Of a stretch of DNA of 64,000 nt, positions 23,653 to 36,200 are shown in pieces (position 1 is the stretch's first letter; each line of letters opens with the position of its first letter). The translations under genes were made by a program, and so were the position numbers. Location: positions 62,001 through 126,000 of the forward strand of contig JAAOMT010000531.1 of the NCBI GenBank assembly GCA_016748015.1, read 5' to 3'. This stretch comes from Geosiphon pyriformis uo1. Its lineage: Eukaryota > Fungi > Glomeromycota. The notes under the pieces are model-generated. The model had not been told where the DNA came from. It saw nothing but the letters and a program-made list of their open reading frames with translations, and did not search any database.

Positions 23653-26600
23653 CCATAATGCATACAAGTTCATAACTACTCTTAACAAGACTGCTCATCC
23701 ACTTAGCAGTCTGATCTGGATCAGACTTGATATTAGAAGATTGAACCTCCCATAACTTCATCATCACATCAAATGTATCATCATAGACCGAAAAATCTTT
23801 AACATCACCATTATCATCATTATCATCATCATCATCATCATTATCCATGTTTTTATTATCAAATATGTTATGGTGTACCTTCCCACTCCTTAACTGAAGG
23901 GCTCCCACTTCCTTTTGCAGCACAGAAGCCACAGCATGAACAGCCTTAATTTGGTTTCCCAATCCAATCATACTTTCTTTTATTGCCTCTGTTATAACTG
24001 GTGAAGTAGACAATAACATAGTAACCAATGCAACCAAAGAACTCATAGGCTCAACTATAGATTTGATCAACAAAGACAATTCACTAAGTTGGGTTTCCAG
24101 AGAAGCCAACCTAGCATTAACAGCAACATCTGAACCAGAGGAGGCAACCGGCAACAGTGGCACCACAACTTTGGGAGAGGTACTGAAAGCCAAACCCGTA
24201 TCAGCAGCAGCAGCAACAGGAGGAACCACAGAGGTGGTAGCTTTGGCATAAGATTTAGCTTCAACGAGGGATAACAACTTGAAAATGATGGGACCACCAG
24301 CAAAATTAGAAGAAAGTTTGGGAGAAAGAGATGGCAACACCTTGCAGTTCACAGCCAAATGATCCAAACTTTGACATTTATAGCAGCGATGACATCCAGA
24401 AGTTTCCCACCAGATATGGCAGCCACGTAAGGTACTGGTTTTTGAAACAGCAGCATTCAAAGATTCCAAGGAACCGAAGGTCACCACTGCAAAGCATTGA
24501 CATCAATAGGAATCAGGGGAGCGGGGAATGAAACACGTACGGCCACCAATTTGGGAGACCAGATCACTTATCTCAAATGCAGTGCAGTCAAATGGAAGAT
24601 TAACCAGCTTAGCTTTGAAAACATCTCTTGAGGAGATAACCTCCTTTTGGTTAGCAATGGGAAGAATCCTAACACTATCTTTTCTGACCAACACAGACCA
24701 GTTAGAGAGAGCAGTAGTAGCAGAAGAAGTGTCCTTAAAATTAACCACAGCATATTGCCATAAGCCAGCAGGCTTCAACTTAACAGAAGTGACAACACCA
24801 AAAATGCCAAGAGCAGATTTGATGTCATCAGAAGAGGCACCCAAGAGTACATTGCACAGTGCAACTGACAAAGAAGAGGAAGAAACAGAGGCCACTCCTG
24901 AAGACCATGCAATCTTAAGAGTGATCAAAAAAACTTCATCACCAATGGTCACCTTGATAGCACCATTTAGACACTCCTGAGATGCAAATTCCACACAGAA
25001 CAACTTGACAGCATCTCATGAAACCGATTTAAGCCCAATACAACCAGACAGCAACTGAAACAAAGAACTGAGAAAAGCCATCTTAATCTTAAACATAGCA
25101 CCAGGTACAAGATTGAAGGCCACCCAACCAGAGAACCTTTGATGTCCATTTACATTCACTCAAGCACCAGCATCAGATACACCAGAAACTGGAAGGGGAA
25201 CAGTTGATTCCATTTCCATCTGATCAGCCCAATCTTTAAGATCATCTGGATTGATGGACTGTTTTGCTACTGGAATTGGCGATGATCTACTGGAAAGTAC
25301 CACATCAGGCAACACAGCCAGTGGTTGATCTTGGCCCATCTTGGGAAATGTGCCACTGCTGTTGCCATCTATATCAGGAATAGGGCTGGCTGCTACTGTG
25401 GAGATCTTACTGAAAATCTCATCTGGAACCACAAAGGGGTTCGGTGTGACCATAGTAGTTGTGACTGTCTGCTGCTGTTTTTTGGAATTTTTTGCTTTTG
25501 CAGCCATTTGTGAAGCAGTAGTAGTAGAAGTAATAGTGGGAGTGGTGAGAGCAAGAAAGACCAACTTGTTAACTGGTCTGTTATTAAAAATCTTTGGGCT
25601 CTTTGAAGTGGTAGAAACAACACTAAGACTAACCCGAGTGTGCTTTTTTGAAAGGACTTTGACTGGAAAAGAAAATGAACCAGAAGCCGCTAAAAACAGC
25701 TTATTACTATTATTTTTTAAAGGAAATGTTGCCAGAACGTTTTGTCTAGCTGCTTTAATAATAGAAAGACCCTCTCGTGTTGAAACTTTATTAGTTACTA
25801 TAGGAAAAGTAACATTTGCAACTTTTTTACTCTTAACTCTATTCGTGGTCATGAAATTTAGGAGAGAAAGAGTTTTAAGAGAAGGATTAAAGGATACAGT
25901 GCCTAAATCCTCAAAACCACATGCATATTTAATTGAGACAATTATAACTCCAGATGTGGCCTACACTAAAATTAAAGGTTTACTGAGGAAAGAAAACATT
26001 TTGTATTTACATCAGGTTCAGACCAAAGACGGATTATTGATGACATAGATGGATTTCACAAGGAAGTACAAACAAAGTGACAGTAGTAGAATACCCAAAT
26101 TGTTTAGGGTTATAGAATCCACAATTATTATGGATGAACACAAGAACATTAATATAGCCCAATGTGAAGTAGTGGGGATGTGCGAAATAGATTACCAGAT
26201 ACCAGATGACCTAGATACTATACAAAAAGACTCTATTTACATTCAACTTCCTGATGTTCTATTACTACAATAAAGGAAGGTGCGAGATAAGTTGAGGTTC
26301 AGAAAGAAAATAGAAATATTAACTGATAAAAGCTGGTTCTGAGGAGGCTAAAGGAGCAGCCGTTTTTGTTATACATAGAATAGAGACCAAATTTGGTATA
26401 GCTGTTAATAGAACATTATTATTAACAAAAACTGAAGCAAAAATGGTATTATTGGCTTTGGAAGCAGTGCAGATTGACATTGAACACAGATAGTCAGGCA
26501 GTAGTGTCAACAATCCAAAAATAGTTGTTCAAAAATCATTCCTTATCTATTAGGAATTAGCTTAAAACTCTTAACTGGCACATATGAAATGCAATTAAAG

Positions 26601-27777
26601 CAGTGATAGGGGAAAAAAGAATTGATCTAATTATAAACAAAGTGGCTGCACACACAGGTATATCTGAAAATAAGATGGCTAACAAACTAGCCAAAGAAGT
26701 TACTACTTTTGACACAGTGGAGTGGATGTACAATGCTGAGAACATTAGTTACATTCCTTATTGCAGAGGAGTTGAGTTAGATCTGAATATCAGACATTTT
26801 CTGAGCCAACAGACTGGTATTTAAGGGGCCTTAAATTGAATGGGCAATGACAAAGTACAAAAAACAGTAGGGACCTTGGACCAAAGAGTAGACTGGAAAA
26901 ACACAACCAAAGTGTGGAACTGGGATGGTAAAATGTTATCAGGCTTCACCTCAGTTAGTTCTTCAGCAATGCGTACATTTATTATGAAGTTATTCCACAA
27001 CATGTTACCAACAGTAAAAGTGCTATACAACAGACGTTTTTTAGTGTATAAAAATAACCTGTGCAAAATATGCCACACAGAGGTTGAAACCAATTAACAC
27101 TTTTGGGAATGCTCTCTGAATACTCAAAAGGGCAAGATGCTGATAGATGATGTGAGGAATGAGTGGATGCGGTGTTTATCAAAGGCTGTAAGAGGGAAAC
27201 ATAAAATCTTGGACCCTAGTAAGAGAGTTGTTCTGTCTAATGAGTACATCAGGACAATGCCCAACATAGATCTACTATGCAAAAGACTAATCAATGAGCA
27301 ATTTGGAAAGATCAATGTTTTTGCTAATATTGATCAGAAGGCTAATGATAATATCCTAATTAAGGTGTGTAAATGGGCTGTGACTCAAGCAAGGAATAGA
27401 CTATGGAAGGAATGTTGTAGGATACAAACTGAATAAGAAAAAATTATGGGTATTGATAACAGAATTAAGAAAAACCCATTACAAATGACTAATAAATGCC
27501 AATCACCTAAAAATAGTAATAAGAGTAGTAATAACTCCAATATCAAAATAAGTGATGGATTTCAATATTGTAATATGATAATAACTGATGTTTTGAGTAG
27601 TAGAGTTACTTTAAGTAATGGTGTGATACTCCTTAGGAATTTTGGTTATATTAGTGTGTAGTTAGACATAGCCACTTTGTAATTAGCCACATTTTGTGGC
27701 TTTATAAAAAAGCTGTGCCTTTGAGCATGATTAAACTAATAAAAGACCAGTATGGCTATATGTTAACAAAAAAAAAA

Positions 27778-30533
27778 TGAATACAAACTAACAGCTAAGT
27801 GGAAAAAATAGGATAATCAATCAGATATGCAATCTCTGTTGATATCAGTGAATCACCTAGTATTCATCAATAACACAATGTGAATAGCTAACTTGAGGCA
27901 AGAAATGCAAAGTATTCTAGACACAGCCAGCTTCTTTTTCAGAATGGTGGATATTGAGATCAACTTAGATAAGACTGAAACAATGGTGGTCAGACTCTCT
28001 AAAAAAAAATCATTGATGGTGGAGCCACTGAAATTTGGTCCAAACAAACAAATCTTGAAACTGCTAAATCTATTTATATGTACCCAATATTTGGGGGTAT
28101 GGATTAGAGCAAATAGAAAAAATAAAACTGTTCTAAAAATAATAGAATCAGATATTGAAGCAGTATGTACAGTTATCAGGAAAAAACACATTACTAAGAA
28201 ACAAGTTATTTACATTTTTAACAGTGTACTCAGTTCAGCAATAGAATTCAGATCTCAATTGACCCATATTCCAAATAGCTGGGCTAAAAAATGGAGTTCA
28301 AAGATTTTGGCCACTGTAAAGAAAAAGGCAAAACTCAGTAGATTTCTCAGCCAGTGCCATATATCACTCATCCTTATATAACTTGTTCAAAATTGATGAT
28401 ATACAAGCAAAAAGCAAGATCACAGATTTGTTGATTAGATTGAACAGTGTTGATATTGATAGAATGACTACAAAAATCAGACTAGCCAACTTACAAGCAC
28501 AAAGGTGGTCAGCAGTATACTTGAATACTCCACCAATGAACAATCTAGGCCAGGGGTTAATCTAATAGCTAATATTATGCAGATAATAGAAGAGAGGGGC
28601 ATTGTATTCAAAAGCTTTGGTAACACATATGGGGTATCTGAGTCTTCAAGACTACAGGCATATTTAATTGAGACAGTCATATTTTTAAGTACAATCTACA
28701 CTAAAGTTAGAAGCTTACTAAAAAAGAAAAACATTTTGTATTTACATCAAATACAGAACAAAAATGAGTTATTGATGACATGGATGGACTTTACAAAGAA
28801 GTACAGACAAAATGATAGTGGTAGAATACCCAGATGGTTTAAGATTTTGGAGTCTACAATTATTATGAATAAGTATAGGAACATTAATATAGTCCAATGT
28901 GAAGTATTGGGGATGTACAAACTGATTAACCAAATACCAGATGATTTAGAAACAATGCAAAAAGACACTATTTACATCCATATTCCTAATACTTTATTAT
29001 CACAATGAGGCTCAGAAAAGAAATAAAAATATCAACAGATGGCTCACTGGTAAAAACTGGTTCTGAAAATACAAGAAATGCAGCTGCTTTTGTAACACAT
29101 AAAATAGAGGCCAATTTTGGTATAGCAGTTGGTGGAATATTATTGTCAACAAAACAGAGGCAAAGGCTGTGTTATTGGCTTTGGAAGCAGTACTTTACAA
29201 ATGCAAACTAACAATAAACACAAATAGTCAAGCAGTAATATCAATGGCTCAAAAATGGCTGTCTAAAGATTTTCTCTTGTCTATTAAAAGTCAGCTTAAA
29301 ACTTCAAACTGACACACATGAAATGCAATCAGAGCAATAATAAGGGAAAAAAGAATTGATCTCAACATGAACAAAGTGGCTGTGCATACTGGTATATTAG
29401 AAAATGAAAAGACTGACAAACTAGCCAAAGAATCTACCATCCTTAACACAGTAAGATGGATCTACAATGCTAAAGAGATCACATATATTCTCTTTTGCAA
29501 AGGAGTTGAGTTGGATCTAAATATTAGACATTTTCTGAGCAAACAGACTAGTCTTCAAGCAGTTTTAGATTGGATAGGCAACAACAAAGTCCAAGAGAAA
29601 TTAGGATTCTTAAACCAAGATATAGACTGGATATGCACAACCAAGATTTGGAACTAGAATGGTAAAATGTTATCAGGCTTTATCTTAGCTGGTTCTTTAG
29701 CAATATGCACATTTATTATAAAATCATTTCACAATATGCTGTCAATAGCAGAGGTGTTATACAACAGATGTCTCCTTATATACTTGAACAATCTTTGCAA
29801 AATATGTCACAGAAAAGTGGAAACCAACCAGCACTTTTGAAAATGCTTTCTGAATACCCAAGAGAGCAAGATGCTGATTAATAATATAAGAAATAAGTGG
29901 ATGTGATGCTTATCAAAGGCTGTGGGAGGGAGACATGAAACTTTACACACTGATTAAAAGATTGGACTGTTTAAGGAATACATTATGTCAATGTCCAACA
30001 TAGATCTGTTATGTAAAGGACTAATCAATAAGCAATTTGAAAGAACCAATGCTTTTTCTGACATTAACTTAAAGACTAACAATAATATATTAATTAAAAT
30101 ATATAAATGAGCAGTTATTCAAGTAAAGAATAGATTATGGAAAGAACGTTGCAAATTGCAAACTGAATAAAAAAAATCAGTGAGTATTAATAACAGAGTC
30201 AAAAGAAATTCATTTGATAGGTCCAATATAAATAGCATGTTAAGGGATAGTGGTAGGAATACCAGCAAACCCATAGTCAAAATAGGTAATGTATTTGCAC
30301 AGTGTAATAATATACTGACTGATGTTTTTTGTAATAGGATTACTTTGTGTAATAGTGTGATACCCTATAGATTTTTTGGTTATACTAATTGTAGTTAGGC
30401 ATAACCACTTAGTGGTTAGCCATATCTTGTAATTTAGATTATTGAGTGAATTGGTTTTATGAAAAGATCATGCTTTTTAAGTGTGGCTAAACTAATATAA
30501 AACCAGCATGGCTACACATTAACAAAAAAAAAA
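27778..30533 (+). mobile_element. LINE A copy A4 (RT C-terminus, RNase H, tail)
   Basis: Homologous to A3. ISTDGSL RNase H motif. Conserved tail and poly(A) 30524-30533. Confidence 0.88.
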
Positions 30534-31633
30534 TTTATACTAATATATCTGACTATAAACTTGGTACTGTCCTCTCCCAAAAATATAAAAATGGCAAGAA
30601 ACATACTATAGCATATGCAAGTAGAACACTCTTATTAGTAGAACAAAACTATTCAGTTACTAAGCAAAAATGCTTAGTAGTAGTTTAGACTACTAGTAAC
30701 TGGAATAAATATTTTCTTAGTGTGAAATTCTTAGTGATAATAGATTATTAAGTTTTGGTTTAATTATGCAACAAAAAGAAACTGAAACACAAAAGGATAA
30801 CTTGCTGAATACTCTACTTGGATGAATTCAACTATGACATTCAACATTATAAAGAAGCAAATTATCAAAATACTGATACTCTTTTCAGACTTATTACTCA
30901 GTAATAGTACAACTTTTACAAACCAAACCAACCCAATTATTAGTAACTTCCTCTTAACCAAACATAATAATAGACTTAAACAATTATTCTACACTGATAA
31001 AATTTTTGGATAAAGAACAATACCCACTGAACTACACTCAACAGCAAAGAGAACATTTGCACAAACAATTAAATTTTTATTTGATTTACCAAAACCAATT
31101 ATATAAAAAAAACAGAAAAGATCTTAACTGCCCCCAAAGAGTTATTAGATTTGAAAAAAAAGAAATTGTAATATATAACATGTACACTGATCTATTAGCT
31201 AGACACTTTGAAAAAACAAAAACAATTCAAAAAACCTTAGTTCACTATTATTAGCCTATCTTGAAAAAAAACATTGCTGAATATATCAAAACCTGTAATA
31301 TTTGCCAAAGAAGAAAAAAACCCAATTACAAAGAAGATATCCATCTAATTTTTGTTAATCAACTATTTAACAAAATTGATATAAATGTTGTTGGATTTTT
31401 AATAGTAACTCTTGATAACAACAAATATATTATTACAGTTATCAACTATCTTACAAAGTGAGTAAAAGCAAGAACTACTTTAGACCAAATAATAGTCTCT
31501 ATAGCCAATTTTATTTATGAAGATATTATTTGCTGTTATGACTGTTCCAAAAAACTTTTATCTGACAAAAGAAGAGCTTTTTTTAATATACTAGTTGAAA
31601 AACTTTATATAAAAATAAGAATACATCATAAAA
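30534..31633 (+). mobile_element. G2 Gypsy internal fragment (RNase H to integrase core)
   Basis: Matches G2b ~39340-40435: YASR, RLITQ** then the integrase zinc finger CNICQ. Confidence 0.85.
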
Positions 31634-31841
31634 TTTTTTTTTTTGTTAATATGTAGTCACACTGGTTATTTATTAGTTATGTCCACAAAATTGTGATATT
31701 TTCATAAAACCAGCTTACCCAATAATACAAAAATCACAAAATGTGGCTAACTACAAGCAGAAAACTCTAACTATACATTAGTACTATCTTTGCTACTTAA
31801 TGTATTAAACAAATCTAATTTATATATCTTACCCATAATGC
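31634..31841 (-). mobile_element. Family B copy B3, 3' end only, interrupted by a G2 LTR
   Basis: Poly(T), B-type tail and last ORF codons up to ..acccataatgc|TGTTA. Confidence 0.85.
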
Positions 31842-32518
31842 TGTTATGAATTAAAATAACAAGCTAATAGATAGGAAAGAAAAACAAGATTATAAAGTAA
31901 TGGAAATAATCAAAAAGAGAATTACAATAAAAAAGCAAATTGAATAAATAAAGATTTAATGTGCATATCAGTCTTATAAAAATTACAATTGCAAATCTTT
32001 TCTGAAAATCTGAAAATAGAAAAATAGTCTATAATTGTCAACAAGATAACATTACTGCTATTATTTTTATGCCTTACTTGGCAATTCTTATAATCAATAA
32101 CAGATATTATTGTGCTTTTCAATTGTTTTTTTATTCAATGAATCACAAGAACAAGCAATTACTTCTCAGACTAATTTTAACAATACAAATCAAAAAGGGG
32201 AAAAAATAAGATATATAAATGCCAACAAGTAATCTTTTATTTTAAGATGTTCAGATATTTGAAGATAGAGAAAAGAGAATAAGGGATATAAAAAGAAGTA
32301 TTTAATAGTGAATTTTATTTTATTACTTTGATTATATCTTTCTAAAGCTAAGAGACTTATCACTTATATAGCTATTGAAAATGGTCAATAATCAAGTCAA
32401 TAATTAGGTCATTGATCAGGTCAATAATTACTATCTAAAAATAAGGTGGCTAATTATATAATATTAGTGGCTAATACATGTAATAAGTAATAAAAAGTAT
32501 GGATTTCAACCATAATAT

Positions 32519-33258
32519 TGTTACAGTTAAAACCTATACTTCTTATTAATTATCACATGTAATAGCCACTAATTTTATATAATTAGCCACTTTATTTTTA
32601 GAAAGTAATCATTAACTTAATTAATGATCTGACTGTTAACCTAATTATTAACCTGATTATTGATCTGATCAATGACTTAATTATTGACCTGATTATTGAC
32701 CTAGTCGTTAATCTGATCATTGACTACTTTTAATAGCTATATAAGTGATAAATCTCTTAGCTGTAGAAAAACATGTAAGAATCAAAGAAAATAAATAAAT
32801 AAAATAACAACTTTTATCTTAATCATTTTCTTATTGCTAAATTTTTCTTTTCTTATCTTTAAGTATCTGAACATCTTGGGATAAAAAATTACTTATTGGT
32901 TATTCCTTATCCTTTTTCTAAAACATGTAATTGCAACATTTGAAGATTATTGAATAAAATGTGACTGAAGAGTACATCTGATATTTGATATTGAATTTTA
33001 AGAGTGCCAACATGAGGCATAGAATTATACCAATATGTAATCATTTGTTGACAGTACAGACTATCTCTCTATCTTCAGATTCTTTGGTTATCTTTTGAAA
33101 AGTATAGTGACTGAGATATTTTATGAGACTGATTTCACACATTAAATCCATACTTATTCAATTCATTCTTTGAAATTAAATTCTTTTTGATTCTTTTTAT
33201 TATCCTACAATCCTGTTTTCCTTTACTATCTATTAGCTTGTTACTTCAACCTGTAATA
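32519..33258 (+). repeat. G2b 5' LTR (740 bp) with 12-bp tandem array
   Basis: TGTTACAG...CTGTAA(T)A. Array ~32610-32725. TATATAAG at ~32739. Confidence 0.92.
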
Positions 33259-33299
33259 TAAAAATGGTGCACCCTATAAGGTTGTCAAAATCCACTTTG

Positions 33300-36200
33300 T
33301 TTCCTATTGTATGAGTAATTATTCATATCTGTCACAACAATCAGAAGAACACTTTGAAGCACACAACAAAAACAATCTAGACTTTATTAAATTCAATTCT
33401 TTGTTCTCTTGCTTGATTTGCTTTTCCATCAAAAAACAATTCAGTAGACAATTCCAAGACTTTTGAAACTGGTTCCTGAATAAGCATTCAGCTAAAACCT
33501 ATACAGCCTATACAACTTATTACTTTGATCAAGCTTATATTGAAGACAACTTTGAAGAAAAAAACAACAGCATCAATTAACTTTTATATTCCACAATCTT
33601 TAAACAACAGCCCTCTGATTCTGAATACCTAAATCACCAAATTTACATTTGGATTGCTGCCCATTAACTAGCTAAAACACCTTTTGAAACAGAAAAAAAA
33701 AGTTATCAAACTGCTTCTATTTTTGATCTCTTCTCAAGTGAATCAGAACATTCTACACAAACAATTATTTCTGAACCAATAACTAATGATCCTATACAAC
33801 AAAACATTTTGATTGCTCTCCAAGGCATACAAACTGCTTTAAGGCAAAGAAACAATACCTCATTACTATTATTCAGAAGTGATACACAAGACCCAATTGA
33901 ATGGTTAGATGATTTTGAAAAAGCAGCTACTGCCAATCAATATAATAATGAGTACAAGTTCCAAATCGTTGGTAGCTATCTCCAAGGCTCTCTTGCTATT
34001 TGGTTCTCACGAAAAACCAATGCTAATGCTCACCAAAGAATTATTAGATGGACACTAACAAATACTGAAGAAGAAAACACCTCTTTTACAACCTAATTTG
34101 AAACTAAATTTAAAACTTCTATCCTGATATCCAAATGGTACATGGAATTAGAAAAAAGAATACAAGGTCCTGGTAAAGTTGTAACTGAATATGCCAAAGC
34201 AATCAGAAAGTTAATTAAGCAAGTAGACTCTGAAAGGAACTGAACAGAAAAGCAAAAGATTCATTCCTTTACAAAAGGATTGAGAACTGATCTCTCATAT
34301 GCTCTTTGGCTTTTCTTGGTCCTGAAAGACTATCCTACAATAGATATGGCCATTGAACTAGCCCAATAAATTGAAGACAATCAAAAAATACACTTGGGAT
34401 CCACACTTCCAGTTTTTTCAGAGATTACAACAATTTTTTTTTGCCTCTTCTAGCTTCCAGAAACAATGATAATCAAAACAATAGAACTATCAACAACAAT
34501 GTTTCTAATCAAAGACTCAATTATGCTAACATCAATTTTTTTGGAAAGAATTCCTTAGTTAAAGCCACTGTTTATTAGCCTTTAAACTGGTAGGTGCACT
34601 TCCAAAGAGTGAGAGTACAAGCCAACCAGAAAAAAATCCATTTTATGCTTTTAACTTAACTGATAATAATCATAACATGAATGAACTAGCAATCAACTTC
34701 TCTGAATCAACAAAAAAGAAAAAAGCCAAAGTTAATTTCGTTCTGGACTCAAACAAAGCATCCATATTAACTGCTAATAACAATGAGCCACCAAAGACTA
34801 AAATTTTTAAAAATTTTTCAAAGTTAGAACCTCCAGAAATAATACAAAAATCTGGTTCTTATTCCATTGTTAAAGATCTCATGAAAACTCCAGTACACAT
34901 TACTTTTGGCCAGCTAATAACTCATCCACAATTCTGAAAAGACTTTCACAAATCCTTGATCCCAAAGAAAAAGACACCAAAAACCAACAAATGCTCTTGC
35001 CAAACTGGACTTGCTGACAATAGTAATGTCATTCCTTTGATTTGCAAAGCCCAAGTGGCTGGCTACTTTATTAATCTGATCTTAGACAATGAATCATCTG
35101 TCAGTATTATTGTCAAATATTTTCTTGAAGCAATTGGCAGAAAGATTGATAAACTCTTAATTAGACCAATGACCAATATACATGATAACAAAAAGAAAAA
35201 GCTTAGTATAGCCAAAGCTGTTCCTGTCTGTATCAATGGCATTAGCATTGAAACTAACATGAAAGTATCTGAAGCAAAAAAATACATCATAATTGTTGGC
35301 AATAAGTGGCTCAAGAAAGCCAAAACACTACTTAATTATGAATTTTGTGAGCTAATCATCAGATGTGGTGAGAAACCCATTATGGTTAAGTGCTGTCAAT
35401 GGACAACTCCTCCAGTAACCAAGCAGAACCAAGAAAAAGAACAATCAAATAAATCAGATAATGATAAAAACAATAAAAAAAAAATCAAGAAGAAACTGCT
35501 GAACTTGCTATACAATTTTTATTAGCAATAGCAAGCTATTGGACAATATTAAAGCTAACAAAGAAGGAATCATGGTAAATAGCAAGCTAATTTATTGGCT
35601 CTACTATGATATTCTCAGAAGAACCTTTGATAGAAAACCTGGCAAGAAAGCCAAATACAGTTATTGGTGGCATGTTCCTTGTACCAGATGCTAGTACAAT
35701 AAATCTTTGTATTCTTCTAGTGATGAATGCAAGTCCTGCTTGATCTATTACAAAGATTGGAAGCCAATTAGTTTAATATCCAGAAAAAAATTAAAAAAAG
35801 TACAGAAGTTCTTTTTTTTTTTTTTTGTTAATGTGTAGTTATGCCGGTTGTTTATTAGTTAAGTCCACAGTAATATGGTGGTTTCATAAAGCCAGCTCAC
35901 TCAATAATACAAAAATTACAAGATACAGCTAACTACAGGTAGAAAGCTCTAATTACATGCTAATATTATCTTTGCTACTTAATGTATTAAACATATCTAA
36001 TTTATATATCTTACTTATAATGCTAATAAGCTTATGACTATTCTTAACCATACCACTCATCTACTTAGCAGTTAGATCAGGATTGGATTTGATACTAGAA
36101 AGCTGATCTTCCCATAAATGCATTATAATCTCAAATGTGTTATTATAGACAGAGAAATCTTTATCTTTATCATTATTATTATCATTATCATCTATGTTAT

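Larger units (their letters stand above)
13352..25898 (-). mobile_element. Family B copy B2 (13352-13558 + 23653-25898), split by G1
   Basis: Poly(T) from 13352. TSD gtgcctRaatcc at 13340-13351 and 25899-25910. ORF fragments 25852-23653. Confidence 0.9.
5995..27777 (+). mobile_element. LINE A copy A2 (from endonuclease to 3' tail), host of A3, solo LTR and B2(G1)
   Basis: Colinear segments 5995-7051, 10905-11343, 12356-13351 and 25899-27777 rejoin across TSDs. Ends in the conserved tail and poly(A) 27768-27777. Confidence 0.85.

Noticed and set aside
25341-26048. Long antisense ORFs over B elements (also 5434-5976, 24528-24980, 4589-5041)
   Set aside because: Shadow frames of the B ORF; endpoints differ between copies and one runs across the element boundary.
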